Assembly (NCBI GenBank): GCA_050633305.1
Contig: JBOEGF010000043.1
Span: 254,725 to 318,724, forward strand
DNA length: 64,000 bases
Reading direction: 5' to 3'
Source of the DNA: Nannocystales bacterium
Lineage (GTDB): Bacteria; Myxococcota_A; Polyangia; Nannocystales; Nannocystaceae
Positions within the stretch are counted from its first letter, which is position 1. Each line of letters begins with the position of its first letter. Of the stretch, positions 36,161-46,156 are shown piece by piece. The notes beneath the pieces were generated by a model. That model searched no databases. It was given only the letters and a program-made list of their open reading frames with translations, and was not told the origin of the DNA. The translations under genes were made by a program, and so were the position numbers.

Positions 36161-36646
36161 ATGCTCGACCTCTACGCCTGGACGCACAAGCTCAAACCCC
36201 GATGCGGCCGAGGACTGGGTGGCGCGACGGCGCTGCTCGTCGCTCTGCAAAGCAACCCCGCGCACGCCGCTGCGCCGAGCGCTGAGGACCGGGCGGCCGC
36301 CGAAGATCGCTACGACCGGACGGACCGCAGTCTCGTAGGCGCGACTGCGGCTCAAGCGGGCGGCGCGGGGGTGCTCCTGCTCGCTGGGGTCGCGTTGCAC
36401 ATCTCTGCCTCTGCGAAGGAGAAGGAGAAGGAGTGCGGCGACCTCGATGACACAAGTCTCGATGTCAGCGGCATCCAAGCATGCCAACAGGCCGTGACCC
36501 GCGCCACCGGGCGCAACGTGGCGTTCATCGGGGTCGGACTCGCCGGCGTCGGGGCGATCGTGACCGGTGTCCTGCTCGCAAGGCACCGTCGCCGGGGCGT
36601 GCAGCGCTTCGCCATCACAGGGGACGGGTTCCGGCTTCGGTTCTGA
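36161..36646 (+). CDS. Hypothetical membrane/exported protein
   Basis: Signal-like segment, two hydrophobic helices, C-terminal FRLRF. Confidence 0.6.
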   Translation: MLDLYAWTHKLKPRCGRGLGGATALLVALQSNPAHAAAPSAEDRAAAEDRYDRTDRSLVGATAAQAGGAGVLLLAGVALHISASAKEKEKECGDLDDTSLDVSGIQACQQAVTRATGRNVAFIGVGLAGVGAIVTGVLLARHRRRGVQRFAITGDGFRLRF

Positions 36647-36675
36647 CGGCTTTGCGAGGCGGGCCACGCCGCGGC

Positions 36676-37170
36676 TCACGATTCGGTGACGCGCCAGTCC
36701 GCGATGGGGAGCGCATCCGTGACCACGCAGGAGGTCAGTTCGTGGGTCTCTTCCGTCGTGAGTACGCCGCGCGGCCCGATGGTGATCAGCTTGGCATGCA
36801 CCAAGGTGTGGACGCGGTCGCCGACGCGCAGCACCGAGTCGACCTGGAGGAGCCGTCCGTCGAAACCCGTCGCGCGAGTGTCGATCACATAGCGTTGTCC
36901 AGGCTTGAGTTCACGGCGGTAGACCAGACGCTGCTCGGCCACGACGGGCTTGCATCGCGACTTCCACAGCCGACTGATCAGTCCCGAGCGGAACATCCAG
37001 TCCGTGCGTCCGTACTCCGCCACGGTGGGATAGGACGCTTGGTTCATGTGCAGGTTGAAGTCGCACTCGGAGAGGTGCACGCGTCGATGAAGGCGCGAGA
37101 CCAGGGTGTCTTTGCGGCTCAGACCTGCACGGAGCACCACAGGGATCAAGCGAGCCGAGTACCGGAGCAT
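36676..37170 (-). CDS. Hotdog-fold thioesterase family protein
   Basis: CDFNLHMNQASY...E.GR.D, YRRELKP. Confidence 0.85.
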   Translation of the reverse strand: MLRYSARLIPVVLRAGLSRKDTLVSRLHRRVHLSECDFNLHMNQASYPTVAEYGRTDWMFRSGLISRLWKSRCKPVVAEQRLVYRRELKPGQRYVIDTRATGFDGRLLQVDSVLRVGDRVHTLVHAKLITIGPRGVLTTEETHELTSCVVTDALPIADWRVTES

Positions 37171-37228
37171 GGGCAGCGTCTTAGCCGGACTCACGAGCCG
37201 CGGCAAGACGCCGAACGTGGGTGCGGGC

Positions 37229-38539
37229 TCAGCTGGAGCCGAACGCCCCGACCAAGGTCACGGTTGCGGAGGCATTGGCTTGCAGCGATTGCGAACTCGC
37301 GCTCAAGGCTCCGGCCGCATCGGGGAGTTGAAGGAGGGCACAGCCGGCCCCGACTGCCGCGAACACCTCGCCGCTGTCTTGAAGTTCGGCCACTGCATCG
37401 CGAAGCGCACCGTCTGCGCTGAGGATCAGGTTCGCCGCGGCGTTGGCGACCACTTCTGCCTCCGCCTGCGCCGCGACGAGGGCGGAGAAGTTCGCTCGAA
37501 AGCCCTCGAGCCACGCGCGGAACTTGGCTTGCTGCTCCGAGTTCGCGTCCACGCCGGCCGCCCATCGGTAGGAAAAGGCCAGCGTGGGGGGAGTGCATTC
37601 GATCGATGCCGAGGCTTTTGCGTCCACGGTGGCCTCGCACTCTGCGCTCACGCTCGGTGGGTCGACGGTGCCTTCGCAGCCGGCGTCACATTCGATCGAC
37701 GCTCCAGCCATGGCTTCGCACCGCGCGCTCGCTCCCGCTTCGCACTCACCCGAGAGCGGGGTGTACTCGCAGCTGCCTTCGCACCGCGCGTCGTCGCAAC
37801 TTCCGCCGGCGCTCATCTCCGTGGCGCATTCGCCTTCACAGGTGCCGTCGCACCGACCGTCAAAACCCTCGATCTCGGTACCGCCTTGCAGCGTGCAGGT
37901 GCCGCGACAGGTCCCTCCGCAGTCTGCCGCCGCGGAGAACTCGGCGACGCAAGACCCGGAGCACGTTCCCTCGCATGCAAAGCCCGGGGCGGTTCCCGTA
38001 CACACGAGCTCGGCGTCGGTACTGCATTCCGCTCCGGCTTGAACATCGAGCGCGCAGGAGCCCGAGCAACTCGCCGAGACCTCGCCGGGGTCGACATCGA
38101 CGTCACACTCGGCGGCAGCGGCAATGCCGGCCTCGATGCTCGCCTCGCACCTTGCGGGTTGGTAGTCGATGCTGAGCCCCCCGGAGATGTAGTCTTCGAG
38201 GTGATTCTCGATCGCCAGCTGGAGCTCGGCTCCCGTTGCGCCGGGCTCCAGTCCGACCGAGGCTCCGATGGCGTCGAGCCGCGCTCGCAGGCCCCCGCTG
38301 AGGGCGACCATGGATGCATCGAGGTCGATCGCGGCACCGAAGAAACTGTCGATCGAGGCGACACCCGAGATGCTCGCCTTGCCCTCGAGAAACCCTCCGC
38401 CCGAACAGGTGAGGTCAAGGCCACACTGCTCGGCGGCTTTCTCGAACAGGCTGTCTTGTTCGCAGCCGCCGAGTGTGATGCCGCCGATGAAGGCGACGCC
38501 CAAAGAGATCGAACCAAACCACTGATGCTGTTGCTTCAT
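37229..38539 (-). CDS. Cysteine-rich lipoprotein
   Basis: LGGC lipobox; repeated CxGxCxGxC units. Confidence 0.85.
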   Translation of the reverse strand: MKQQHQWFGSISLGVAFIGGITLGGCEQDSLFEKAAEQCGLDLTCSGGGFLEGKASISGVASIDSFFGAAIDLDASMVALSGGLRARLDAIGASVGLEPGATGAELQLAIENHLEDYISGGLSIDYQPARCEASIEAGIAAAAECDVDVDPGEVSASCSGSCALDVQAGAECSTDAELVCTGTAPGFACEGTCSGSCVAEFSAAADCGGTCRGTCTLQGGTEIEGFDGRCDGTCEGECATEMSAGGSCDDARCEGSCEYTPLSGECEAGASARCEAMAGASIECDAGCEGTVDPPSVSAECEATVDAKASASIECTPPTLAFSYRWAAGVDANSEQQAKFRAWLEGFRANFSALVAAQAEAEVVANAAANLILSADGALRDAVAELQDSGEVFAAVGAGCALLQLPDAAGALSASSQSLQANASATVTLVGAFGSS

Positions 38540-38704
38540 GCGTACTCTCGCGACTTTTGTTCGGCGCGCGCAGCAGCGTGACTTTCGGTCACGGCCGCCG
38601 CGGCTGCCTTCGGGAAGTTCGTTCCCGGGTCGGAGGGTTTTCAGCGCGTGGTCGTTTTTTTTTTCTTGGCGGCGTTCCTCGCCGGCCCCGTGGAGCCTGA
38701 GCTG

Positions 38705-39328
38705 CTAGCGGCAGCCGGCGGTTTTCTGGAGCGCGAGGACTCGTGCAAACCGACGGTCGACGTCCACGACGGGGTTGCCTTTGGCGTCGAAGAAGGGCGA
38801 GCGGTGTTGGTCGCCTCGCCACCACCAACGCCAGGTCAGCGGGACCAAGTGGCGGAGCATGGCGAACAACGCAGCCGAGTCAGCCTTGAGTTCTTTCGCG
38901 TTGTCCGGTCGTGGTGACAGGTTCACGCGGGCTCGCAGCGGGCCCAGCACCGAGTGCAACGGGGTCTCGCCAAGGTCGAGGGCGTGGGCGTCGAGGCCGA
39001 CGAACGGGACCTTGGCGTGTGACAGGGTGAGCCCGAGCGGCGTATCACAACACGACGCGTACCACCGCAGGGCGCCCTTGCGCGTTTGTTGTCGGCAGGC
39101 GAGAGCGTCGTGGCCGGCGACGATGGACACGCGGGCAGGGGAGACCTGCAGGCGCTGTGTGCCGCCCCATGCGTCGAGAATGTCCGGGCACATGTCGTGC
39201 GCGAACTGGGTGCACCCGCGGCAGTGGCAGGCAACGCGATTGGCCACCGCGGGCGTGATTGCGTCAAGCCGCAGCTGCAGACGGCCGCAGCGACATCCCA
39301 AGCGAAGGGTCTTTGGATCAGCGGCCAT
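38705..39328 (-). CDS. DUF6151/GFA (CENP-V)-like zinc-binding protein
   Basis: CRCG, CHCRGC..F, D.WGGT, LRWYASCC.TPLG. Confidence 0.8.
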   Translation of the reverse strand: MAADPKTLRLGCRCGRLQLRLDAITPAVANRVACHCRGCTQFAHDMCPDILDAWGGTQRLQVSPARVSIVAGHDALACRQQTRKGALRWYASCCDTPLGLTLSHAKVPFVGLDAHALDLGETPLHSVLGPLRARVNLSPRPDNAKELKADSAALFAMLRHLVPLTWRWWWRGDQHRSPFFDAKGNPVVDVDRRFARVLALQKTAGCR

Positions 39329-39381
39329 GCCCTGAGCATAGCCGCCAAGGTCTCTGATCTGCCGCCGGACGGTTCGAGACG

Positions 39382-40176
39382 TCAGCGGCAGGCCCGGTGG
39401 ACCCGTGGCAGGTGCGACGAACTCGGAAACGCTTTGCGCAGGGCGGCCGCCTTCTGTAGTCCGGCTTTGACATCGCCAGCCTCGCACAGCGTCTGCGCTT
39501 GCAGGGCGATACGGTCCTCGGTGAGCTGTCCGTTGGGAAAACGGCGCGCGTGCTCGGTGAGTGCCGGGAGGGCTTGCCTTGGCGAACCAGCACGCAAACG
39601 ACCGCGCGCTTGGGCGAGCAGGCGTGTCTCCTCCGTGAGATCGGATGATGGGGAGGGCTGGCTCGGAGCGGGCCGAGGCTTGGTGGGTGCAGCGGTTCCG
39701 CCGGGGTGCTCGGGCGCGAGCTGCGGTGGTGAGCGCGGTGTGGCAGGGGCGGCCCGCTGGATCGGTGGCGCAGCAGGGATGTTGGCACCGACCGGCGCCC
39801 CACGTGGTTGCTGGGCAACGGGCGGCGGAGGCTCAGGTTCTGGACGGACAGCGGTTGACGACGCGGTGGGCGGTGTCGGGGCTGCGGCGGTTGTCGAGAG
39901 CCGATAGCCCGCGGCAGCAACCATGCCCCCGACGATCACCCCGAGCACGACCTTGACCCACAGGGAAGAGACCGCGGTGGTGGGTCCCGAGATACTCGAA
40001 GGCGGCACCGGAGGCGTGCTGCCCACCGCGACCGAGGCGGCGACGCGTTCCCAGGTCTGGTGCTCCCCTTCTTCGGGAGGACGCATCGACGCACGCTCTG
40101 CCGCAACCAGTGCGCTGAGCAATCCGCCGTCTGTGTCCGCCGGGGCCGTCGGCGGCTGCTGGGATTCGGTGCTCAT
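39382..40176 (-). CDS. Putative anti-sigma factor (TM, Pro-rich linker, TPR-like C-terminus)
   Basis: Coupled to the ECF sigma gene; L.EE..LL..AR..L..G, H..RFP.G.L..R.AL..LC. Confidence 0.75.
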   Translation of the reverse strand: MSTESQQPPTAPADTDGGLLSALVAAERASMRPPEEGEHQTWERVAASVAVGSTPPVPPSSISGPTTAVSSLWVKVVLGVIVGGMVAAAGYRLSTTAAAPTPPTASSTAVRPEPEPPPPVAQQPRGAPVGANIPAAPPIQRAAPATPRSPPQLAPEHPGGTAAPTKPRPAPSQPSPSSDLTEETRLLAQARGRLRAGSPRQALPALTEHARRFPNGQLTEDRIALQAQTLCEAGDVKAGLQKAAALRKAFPSSSHLPRVHRACR

Positions 40177-40757
40177 GCGGACCTCCGAACTTTGTCGTTT
40201 TGCAGGGCCTCGGCGTGCCGACGGAGCTGCTGCCGGGCGGACCGCAGCCGGGAGTGGACCGTGGGCACGCCGAGCGAGAGGAGGGCTGCGACTTCACGTC
40301 CGGTCATCTGCTCAAGTTCCATGAGGATGTAGACGTGGCGGAGCTTGTCGTCGATGAGCTCGAGTAGCCCATGTAGCGTCCGGGCTGCGTCCTGCCGAGC
40401 GAAGTCCCCGGCGTGAGCGTTGCCAGCGGGAGACACGGCGCCCTGCTCGGCAGCAAGCGCCTCCTTGCGTCGTCGGTGTCGAGCGAGGGAGCGGCGTTGA
40501 TGTTTGCTGACACGCACCGCGACGGCGAACAGCCAGCTGGTGACCGCAGCACGGCCTTCGAACTCGTGCAGACGGCGGGCGGCGACGACGAACACGTCGT
40601 GGACCGCATCATCGACAGCATGGTCTGGGACGCCGAGTCGACGCAAGCTGCGCCATACGAATCCGTACTGCTCGCGGTAGGTCTTCGCGAGGTCGGGATC
40701 GATGCGGTCTGCTCCGCCTGGCTTCGGCCGGCCCATGCTCTTGTGGTTCGTTCCCAC
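40173..40757 (-). CDS. ECF RNA polymerase sigma factor
   Basis: FVWRSLRRLGV, DDAVHDVF, SWLF.VA, region 4 TVHSRL..AR. Start may be the downstream MGRPK. Confidence 0.92.
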   Translation of the reverse strand: MGTNHKSMGRPKPGGADRIDPDLAKTYREQYGFVWRSLRRLGVPDHAVDDAVHDVFVVAARRLHEFEGRAAVTSWLFAVAVRVSKHQRRSLARHRRRKEALAAEQGAVSPAGNAHAGDFARQDAARTLHGLLELIDDKLRHVYILMELEQMTGREVAALLSLGVPTVHSRLRSARQQLRRHAEALQNDKVRRSA

Positions 40758-40758
40758 T

Positions 40759-41775
40759 TCAGTCCGTTTTCATGATGAGCGGCATTCGAAATTCGACACC
40801 TACATATGCGCGAACCCCGATCCGCGAGGGCACCAGGATCGGGTCCAAACCGGTGACTTCGAACGTTGGTTGGACGAACGCAACCGTTGTTCCGGCTTGC
40901 GCAGTCAGCGCAATCCAGTCCCGCGGAACCCATGAGATGCCGGGTGTCACGAGCAGCGCAGCCCACGCGACTTGGGATGACTGAGGCAACAGCGCGCTCG
41001 GTGTCAGCAGCAACTGACCCGCTTCGATGCCGGCCATCAGTGGGAACTCAAAGCGGCCGAGCGTGGGGACCGGCCCGATTTCCCCCGCGAGGCTCCAGCG
41101 CCAAAGCCGGATCCGGATGGGAAGTGTCGGCAGTTCGAAGGCCGGGTTGGCGCCGAAGTGCGCAGCGACGCTGACGCGAAGTCGGCGAGGCTGCCAAGCA
41201 AGGCCCAGTCGGCTGTGTGGGGTGACACCGCGCAGCGTGCCCCAGTCGAATCCCGGGGAAAGACTGACGGCGAACATGAGCGGGTCCGGAGCTGGCTCGG
41301 GCGGAGCGGCATCGATGATGAGCTCTGCGGGGAGGGGTCGTGGTTCAGGCTCGGGCTGCGGTGCGGGTTCGGGCTGCGGAGCGGGTGAAGGTGCGGGGGC
41401 GGGTTTGGGCTCGTGCCACGCCTCCGAGTCCATGGAGTCGGGGCTGAGGGCCAGTGCGATCAGCAAACCCGCGGAACTCGACAGCGCGGCACAACTCGAG
41501 GGGTCGGTGAGCAGTCGGTCGTGTCGTCCGTCAGGAGTCTGGATCACCAGCGCGACGGCGTAGCCGGCATCGTCGCTGTGCGTCACCGTTCCCACGACAG
41601 ACCACGCTTCGAAGGGCAGCGCATCCATCGGTCCGCCGAGGTGCGTTTCGACCTCATCGCGGACGTCGTCGCTGCCCGGGCATTCCGCTGGCGCGTTCCA
41701 GAACCACGGAGGCTGGGGCGAGGCCGCCGTCGGTGCGACGGCCAGGGAGGCCACCAGTGCGGTCGCAAGAGCCAT
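40759..41775 (-). CDS. Exported protein in the ECF operon
   Basis: Signal peptide, W.AP.ECP, Pro-rich linker, beta-rich C-terminus. Confidence 0.7.
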   Translation of the reverse strand: MALATALVASLAVAPTAASPQPPWFWNAPAECPGSDDVRDEVETHLGGPMDALPFEAWSVVGTVTHSDDAGYAVALVIQTPDGRHDRLLTDPSSCAALSSSAGLLIALALSPDSMDSEAWHEPKPAPAPSPAPQPEPAPQPEPEPRPLPAELIIDAAPPEPAPDPLMFAVSLSPGFDWGTLRGVTPHSRLGLAWQPRRLRVSVAAHFGANPAFELPTLPIRIRLWRWSLAGEIGPVPTLGRFEFPLMAGIEAGQLLLTPSALLPQSSQVAWAALLVTPGISWVPRDWIALTAQAGTTVAFVQPTFEVTGLDPILVPSRIGVRAYVGVEFRMPLIMKTD

Positions 41776-41916
41776 ACACGAGGAGCGGGGCCAACAGCTT
41801 CGTTGGCCCGGCGCTGGGTATAGCGTACCTCGTTGGCGATTCGCGGCGAATCTCGACACGGCGTAAGGGGAGGGCGCCCTGGCTCGGCCGCACGGGCTCA
41901 AGGACGTGCTTTGTTC

Positions 41917-42807
41917 CTATGAGGATGTGGTCGTGCCCTCGAATCGATCGCGCCGGGCGGTGAGCGTGTCCCAAAGGTGGTCGACCAATACGCGAACCCG
42001 GGCGGCATTCCGGAGTCGCTCGTGCGTCAGGAGCCACAAACAGTAGGGGTCTTTCTCTTCGGACACGAACGGTTGGCCGACCCGAACGAGCTCTGGGTGC
42101 GCATCACCGAGATGTATCGGCAGCCGGACGAGTCCCATGCCGCACGCAGCCGCGACGGCAGTGGCGTGCAACCCATCGACCACGAAGCCGAGCCGTGCGC
42201 AGGAGGAGACGTCCTGGACCCACGCCGGGGGCGTCTGTTCGTCCGCCCCTGGAACGCCGACCCACTCCACCGCTTCCCCCTCGGTGATCTTCTTCGCGTA
42301 GTCCTTCGACGCGTACGTGGCCAATGCCCACCGCGCGACGCGACGACCGACGAGCGTGGGCGATGGGCGGGCCGAAATACGTAAGGCGACATCAGCCTCG
42401 TGGCGAAGAAGGTCGGTGACCGAGTCCGAGAAGGACACGTCGCAGCGGACCTCGGGATGCAGCTCGCGAAACGACGCCAGCAGCGGTAGGAGCACCGGTC
42501 CCATGTGGCGAGGCGCAGCCAAGCGCACCCGTCCACGCGGCTGCGCGTCGCGGCCGGAGAAGTGCAGCGCGACGTCGAGCGCCGACTGCTCCATCTGCAG
42601 GGCGAACTCCTTGAACTCGAGACCCGCTCGGTTCAGGCGGAAGCCCCCGGCATGGCGATCGAACAGCTGCACACCCAGCCCCTTCTCGAGGGCGGCAAGA
42701 CGGCGAGAGACCGTGGAGGGATCCGCCTTGAGGGCCCGCGCGGCGGCGGCCATGCTCCCGTCGCGCGCGATCGCCAGGAACACCGGGATGTCATCCCACC
42801 GCATCAC
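41917..42807 (-). CDS. LysR-family transcriptional regulator
   Basis: WDD...FLA....GS..AAAR.L......VSRR...LE..LG..LF.R; EADVALR. Confidence 0.95.
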   Translation of the reverse strand: MMRWDDIPVFLAIARDGSMAAAARALKADPSTVSRRLAALEKGLGVQLFDRHAGGFRLNRAGLEFKEFALQMEQSALDVALHFSGRDAQPRGRVRLAAPRHMGPVLLPLLASFRELHPEVRCDVSFSDSVTDLLRHEADVALRISARPSPTLVGRRVARWALATYASKDYAKKITEGEAVEWVGVPGADEQTPPAWVQDVSSCARLGFVVDGLHATAVAAACGMGLVRLPIHLGDAHPELVRVGQPFVSEEKDPYCLWLLTHERLRNAARVRVLVDHLWDTLTARRDRFEGTTTSS

Positions 42808-42943
42808 CTCCGAGACTACCCCGGAGACCTGCGCGGGCTGAAGGTCCTGCGCACACGGAGCATGGGAATCGGTTTTCGTGCACGGCGGGCTTGCGCCAAC
42901 CCCTACGGCCGACGGTTCGAACCGCTCCTACGTTGCCTTCAAC

Positions 42944-44125
42944 ATGGCATCGCGGATTCAGCCCCCCTCGCTCCCCAGTCTTGCGGGGATTCTTCTCGTT
43001 CTCTCGCTCTCCGCTTGTGGCGATGACAGCGGCGCGGCAACGGACGACCCGTCGGCGACCGCGACATCGAGTTCCACCTCGGACTCCGCTGGTCCGGGCA
43101 GCTCGACCGCCCCATCGGGTAGCTCAACAAACTCAACAAGCACAACGGCCCCCACGGCGGGGTCCTCGTCCGATGAAAGCTCTTCGGAGGGCGGAACGGA
43201 GGACTCGACGACGACCTCCGGCGGGACCAGCACGCCGGAACTCGAGGTCGTGGTGGAGTTGGACACGACACTCGGAGAGCAGCCCATGGGGATGGAAATC
43301 ATCGACGATAGTCGGCTCGCGGTGACGTTTCCGTTGCTGCATCAACTCCGGATCTACGACATCGAGACGGGGACGCTGCAGCAATCGCTCGAGGATGTGC
43401 CGACCCTCGCCGGTCTCGCCCTCGAGTCTCCGGACGCTTTGTTGGGCGCCGCACCGAGCCCGTTGTTTGACCCCGAGTCTCCGCAGGACAACGGGGTGTG
43501 GAGGATCCCTCTGGACGGCTCACCGCCGGTCCAACTCGTCGCACTCGAGCCCACGGCCCTCCCGGGCCACGTGACCATCCTTGCCCAAGGCCCCGTGCTC
43601 GTCTCGGACCTCCCTGGCGGTCGAATCTTCGAGGTTCACGAGGATGAGCAGACCGTCTCGATCTGGTCCGACGACCCCCTGTTGGTGGGTGACCCGCGTG
43701 CTCCACTGCCACACCCGCCGTTCCCTGTGGGCATTGAAGGCATGGAGACGGACGGCCGGGTGTTGTATGGCGCCGTCGCGGACCACGGGCGCTTCGTCTC
43801 GATCCCGATTAACGCGGATGGCAGCGCTGGCGCCGTGGAGGTGCTGTTCGAGCAACCCGAGGATGCGTATGGGTTGGCCGACTTCATCCGAGCAGACGAC
43901 GGGTCGATCTACGCGGGGTCTGGGTTCCAAACCTCTCTGTTCCACATCGACAGCTCCGGAAGCGTGGACTTGGTCGGGAATGCCGCCGATCGAGTCGACT
44001 CTCCCTACGCGCTGGCGCGGCGCGGGGACGACCTGCTGTTCTCGAACTTTGGGTTCATCTCTCAGATCAGCGGTGAAAGGCCCGACCCGACTGTCATGGT
44101 GCTTCGTGGGGCGTTCGCGGACTGA
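42944..44125 (+). CDS. Lipoprotein, SMP-30/gluconolactonase-like beta-propeller
   Basis: LSAC lipobox, Ser/Thr linker, WSDDPLL.G, G..G....G..LY; divergent from LysR. Confidence 0.7.
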   Translation: MASRIQPPSLPSLAGILLVLSLSACGDDSGAATDDPSATATSSSTSDSAGPGSSTAPSGSSTNSTSTTAPTAGSSSDESSSEGGTEDSTTTSGGTSTPELEVVVELDTTLGEQPMGMEIIDDSRLAVTFPLLHQLRIYDIETGTLQQSLEDVPTLAGLALESPDALLGAAPSPLFDPESPQDNGVWRIPLDGSPPVQLVALEPTALPGHVTILAQGPVLVSDLPGGRIFEVHEDEQTVSIWSDDPLLVGDPRAPLPHPPFPVGIEGMETDGRVLYGAVADHGRFVSIPINADGSAGAVEVLFEQPEDAYGLADFIRADDGSIYAGSGFQTSLFHIDSSGSVDLVGNAADRVDSPYALARRGDDLLFSNFGFISQISGERPDPTVMVLRGAFAD

Positions 44126-44149
44126 GCTCGCCGATGCGGCGGGTGATCG

Positions 44150-44302
44150 TCACACTCTCTCCATCGCTTGCGTCCTCGGGTTCCACAGCTTCAGCCGGAG
44201 GCTGGCCAGGACATCGCTGGGCCTCCAGCTGGTGATGCCCGGGGACTGCAACTCGGGGATCGCTGCCATCGTTTCCGCCACGCGGTAGGTGGGGATCTTG
44301 TG
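44150..44302 (-). pseudogene. C-terminal remnant of a membrane fatty acid desaturase
   Basis: Hand translation HKIPTYRVAETMAAIPELQSPGITSWRPSDVLASLRLKLWNPRTQAMERV*, with an in-frame TGA just upstream. Confidence 0.65.
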
Positions 44303-44700
44303 CCAGGATCAGCGGCTTTCCAACCCGACCGGTGGGAGTCGAGCGGCGTTCGCGGCGGGGCTGGGGAGAGCGCTTCATGGTTGGTCGATCGGGGTAGACG
44401 GGCCGTCCGCGCGTTCGATCACCTGAAAACCAACCGCTCAAGCGTTCTTCTCGCGCCTACGTGGTTCGAAGTCGCTGTCTTGTGCCCTTGATTCCCACGG
44501 TCGCGTCGGGCTCTGCGATACCGCCAGGGACTGGCAGCCTGGCGACCCTCGGTCCCAGCGCTGGGAGCCCGTCTGGCGGCTTGACGGGCTCCATCGACGC
44601 CCCCTCGATCAGGTCCTGCGGCGCTCACCCCGACCCCGCACGGTCTGCAACGCTCAAGTCCACAACGCAGAGGCGGAAGGCGGGCGCGTGGCCAACGCGA

Positions 44701-46014
44701 TCACGGTGTCATGATGACGGCGCCGAGCGTGAACGTGAGCTGGTTGGACGAGGTGCCTGCGTCCCGACCGACGAACACGGCTTCGGTCGCGTGATCGTAT
44801 CGACTGTCGACCTTGAGGACGAGCATGTTCGTGGGCGCGAACTCGAGGGTCACGGTCCCGGTGCCAAGCATCAGGGGAACCGGCGTCGTGAAGCCGTCGA
44901 GGTCCTGATAAAACTCTCCCCGTGCGGCCGTCGCAAACGTTGGGGTGAGCGCGTACCGGGTACCCAGGGACGCGCCATACCAGACCGATGGGTCGTAGGC
45001 ACCCGAAACGGGGTTCACGATGGCCTCGTCGTAGCCCAGGTCGGCGTTGGCGAACACGGACAGCTTCTTGGTCACCTCTCCGGCAACAACAAGGTCTGCG
45101 AAGTGCCGTAAGCGCCGATTGACCCCACGTGCGACGACCGTGGTGCTCGATGCGACCGCTCCAGGGGCATCGAAGCAGCGTGCGGTCGAGGTGTCGAACG
45201 ACGTGTCCGTGCCGCAGTTGATCACCGTCTGTCGATCGTTCTCGGCGCCGACCATGTACCCGAGCAGGGTGTCGAGTCGGTCGCCGGAGAACACGAGCTG
45301 AACCCCCCCGCTCTTGGCGTCGTTGTTGTCGAGCGTGTTGTTCCAACCGTTGACCCCCACGGCCAAGACGGAGAACCGGTCCGAGAGCACCGCGGTGGCG
45401 CGCAGTCCGGTGTGGAAGAGGGGCTGTCCCAACCAGCTCAGGGCCCCACGGGTGTAGTTGAAGTTGCGCTGGCTGTCGGCGACCTCGGCACCGTAGAGGG
45501 TGTCGAACTTGCCGAGGTCGAGCGCCAGTCGACCGCTCGCGATCTTGGGTTTCCAGCGAACGTATGCCTGCTTGATGTACTGCAGGGAGATTGAGGCGTC
45601 TGTTCCCGCGTACACGGTCGCGGAAGGACCGAGACGCAGCGACACCGCGCCGCCGACGACCTCTCCCTCGTACTCCGCGTCGAGGCCGGCCCAGTGCAGG
45701 CTGAACCCGTTGCTCGTGTCGAACGCACGCAGCGCGTTCGGCGTGCCCGCTGAGGGGAGCAGGATGTTCACGCCTGCGTATGCATCCGCGAAGGCGGACA
45801 GGGAGCCCTTGTCGGTCCACGTCGGATGTTTTGGGGCTTCGGCGGCCGCTCCCGGACCGTCTGGTGTTGCGGCGCCCGCCTCGGAGGACTCTGCGTGGGA
45901 GAGGTCTCCGAGAGGCGGAGCGTTGGCGGCCGTCCAGGGTCCGAGATGTCCTCCCGTGGAGCACAGCGCCGCCAAGAGCAGGGCGGACGAAACGGGTGCT
46001 CCGGACATGGTCAC
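44701..46014 (-). CDS. Putative outer-membrane beta-barrel porin (BBP2/OmpL-like)
   Basis: Signal peptide, QAYV, GKFDTLYGAEV, NFNYTRG, PLFHTGLR, NGWN, RGEFYQD. Confidence 0.8.
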   Translation of the reverse strand: MTMSGAPVSSALLLAALCSTGGHLGPWTAANAPPLGDLSHAESSEAGAATPDGPGAAAEAPKHPTWTDKGSLSAFADAYAGVNILLPSAGTPNALRAFDTSNGFSLHWAGLDAEYEGEVVGGAVSLRLGPSATVYAGTDASISLQYIKQAYVRWKPKIASGRLALDLGKFDTLYGAEVADSQRNFNYTRGALSWLGQPLFHTGLRATAVLSDRFSVLAVGVNGWNNTLDNNDAKSGGVQLVFSGDRLDTLLGYMVGAENDRQTVINCGTDTSFDTSTARCFDAPGAVASSTTVVARGVNRRLRHFADLVVAGEVTKKLSVFANADLGYDEAIVNPVSGAYDPSVWYGASLGTRYALTPTFATAARGEFYQDLDGFTTPVPLMLGTGTVTLEFAPTNMLVLKVDSRYDHATEAVFVGRDAGTSSNQLTFTLGAVIMTP

Positions 46015-46156
46015 CCAGTCCCTCGTCGACTCTACCCGTGAGATTGAGTCCCAACTTGGAGTGCGTCCGGGCCGACAAAGCGTCCGCGACAGGCGAACCG
46101 GTGCTCAGAGGTCGCGAGCGGAGCCCAGGCGGCGCCCCCTGATGGTTTGTCGTCGG

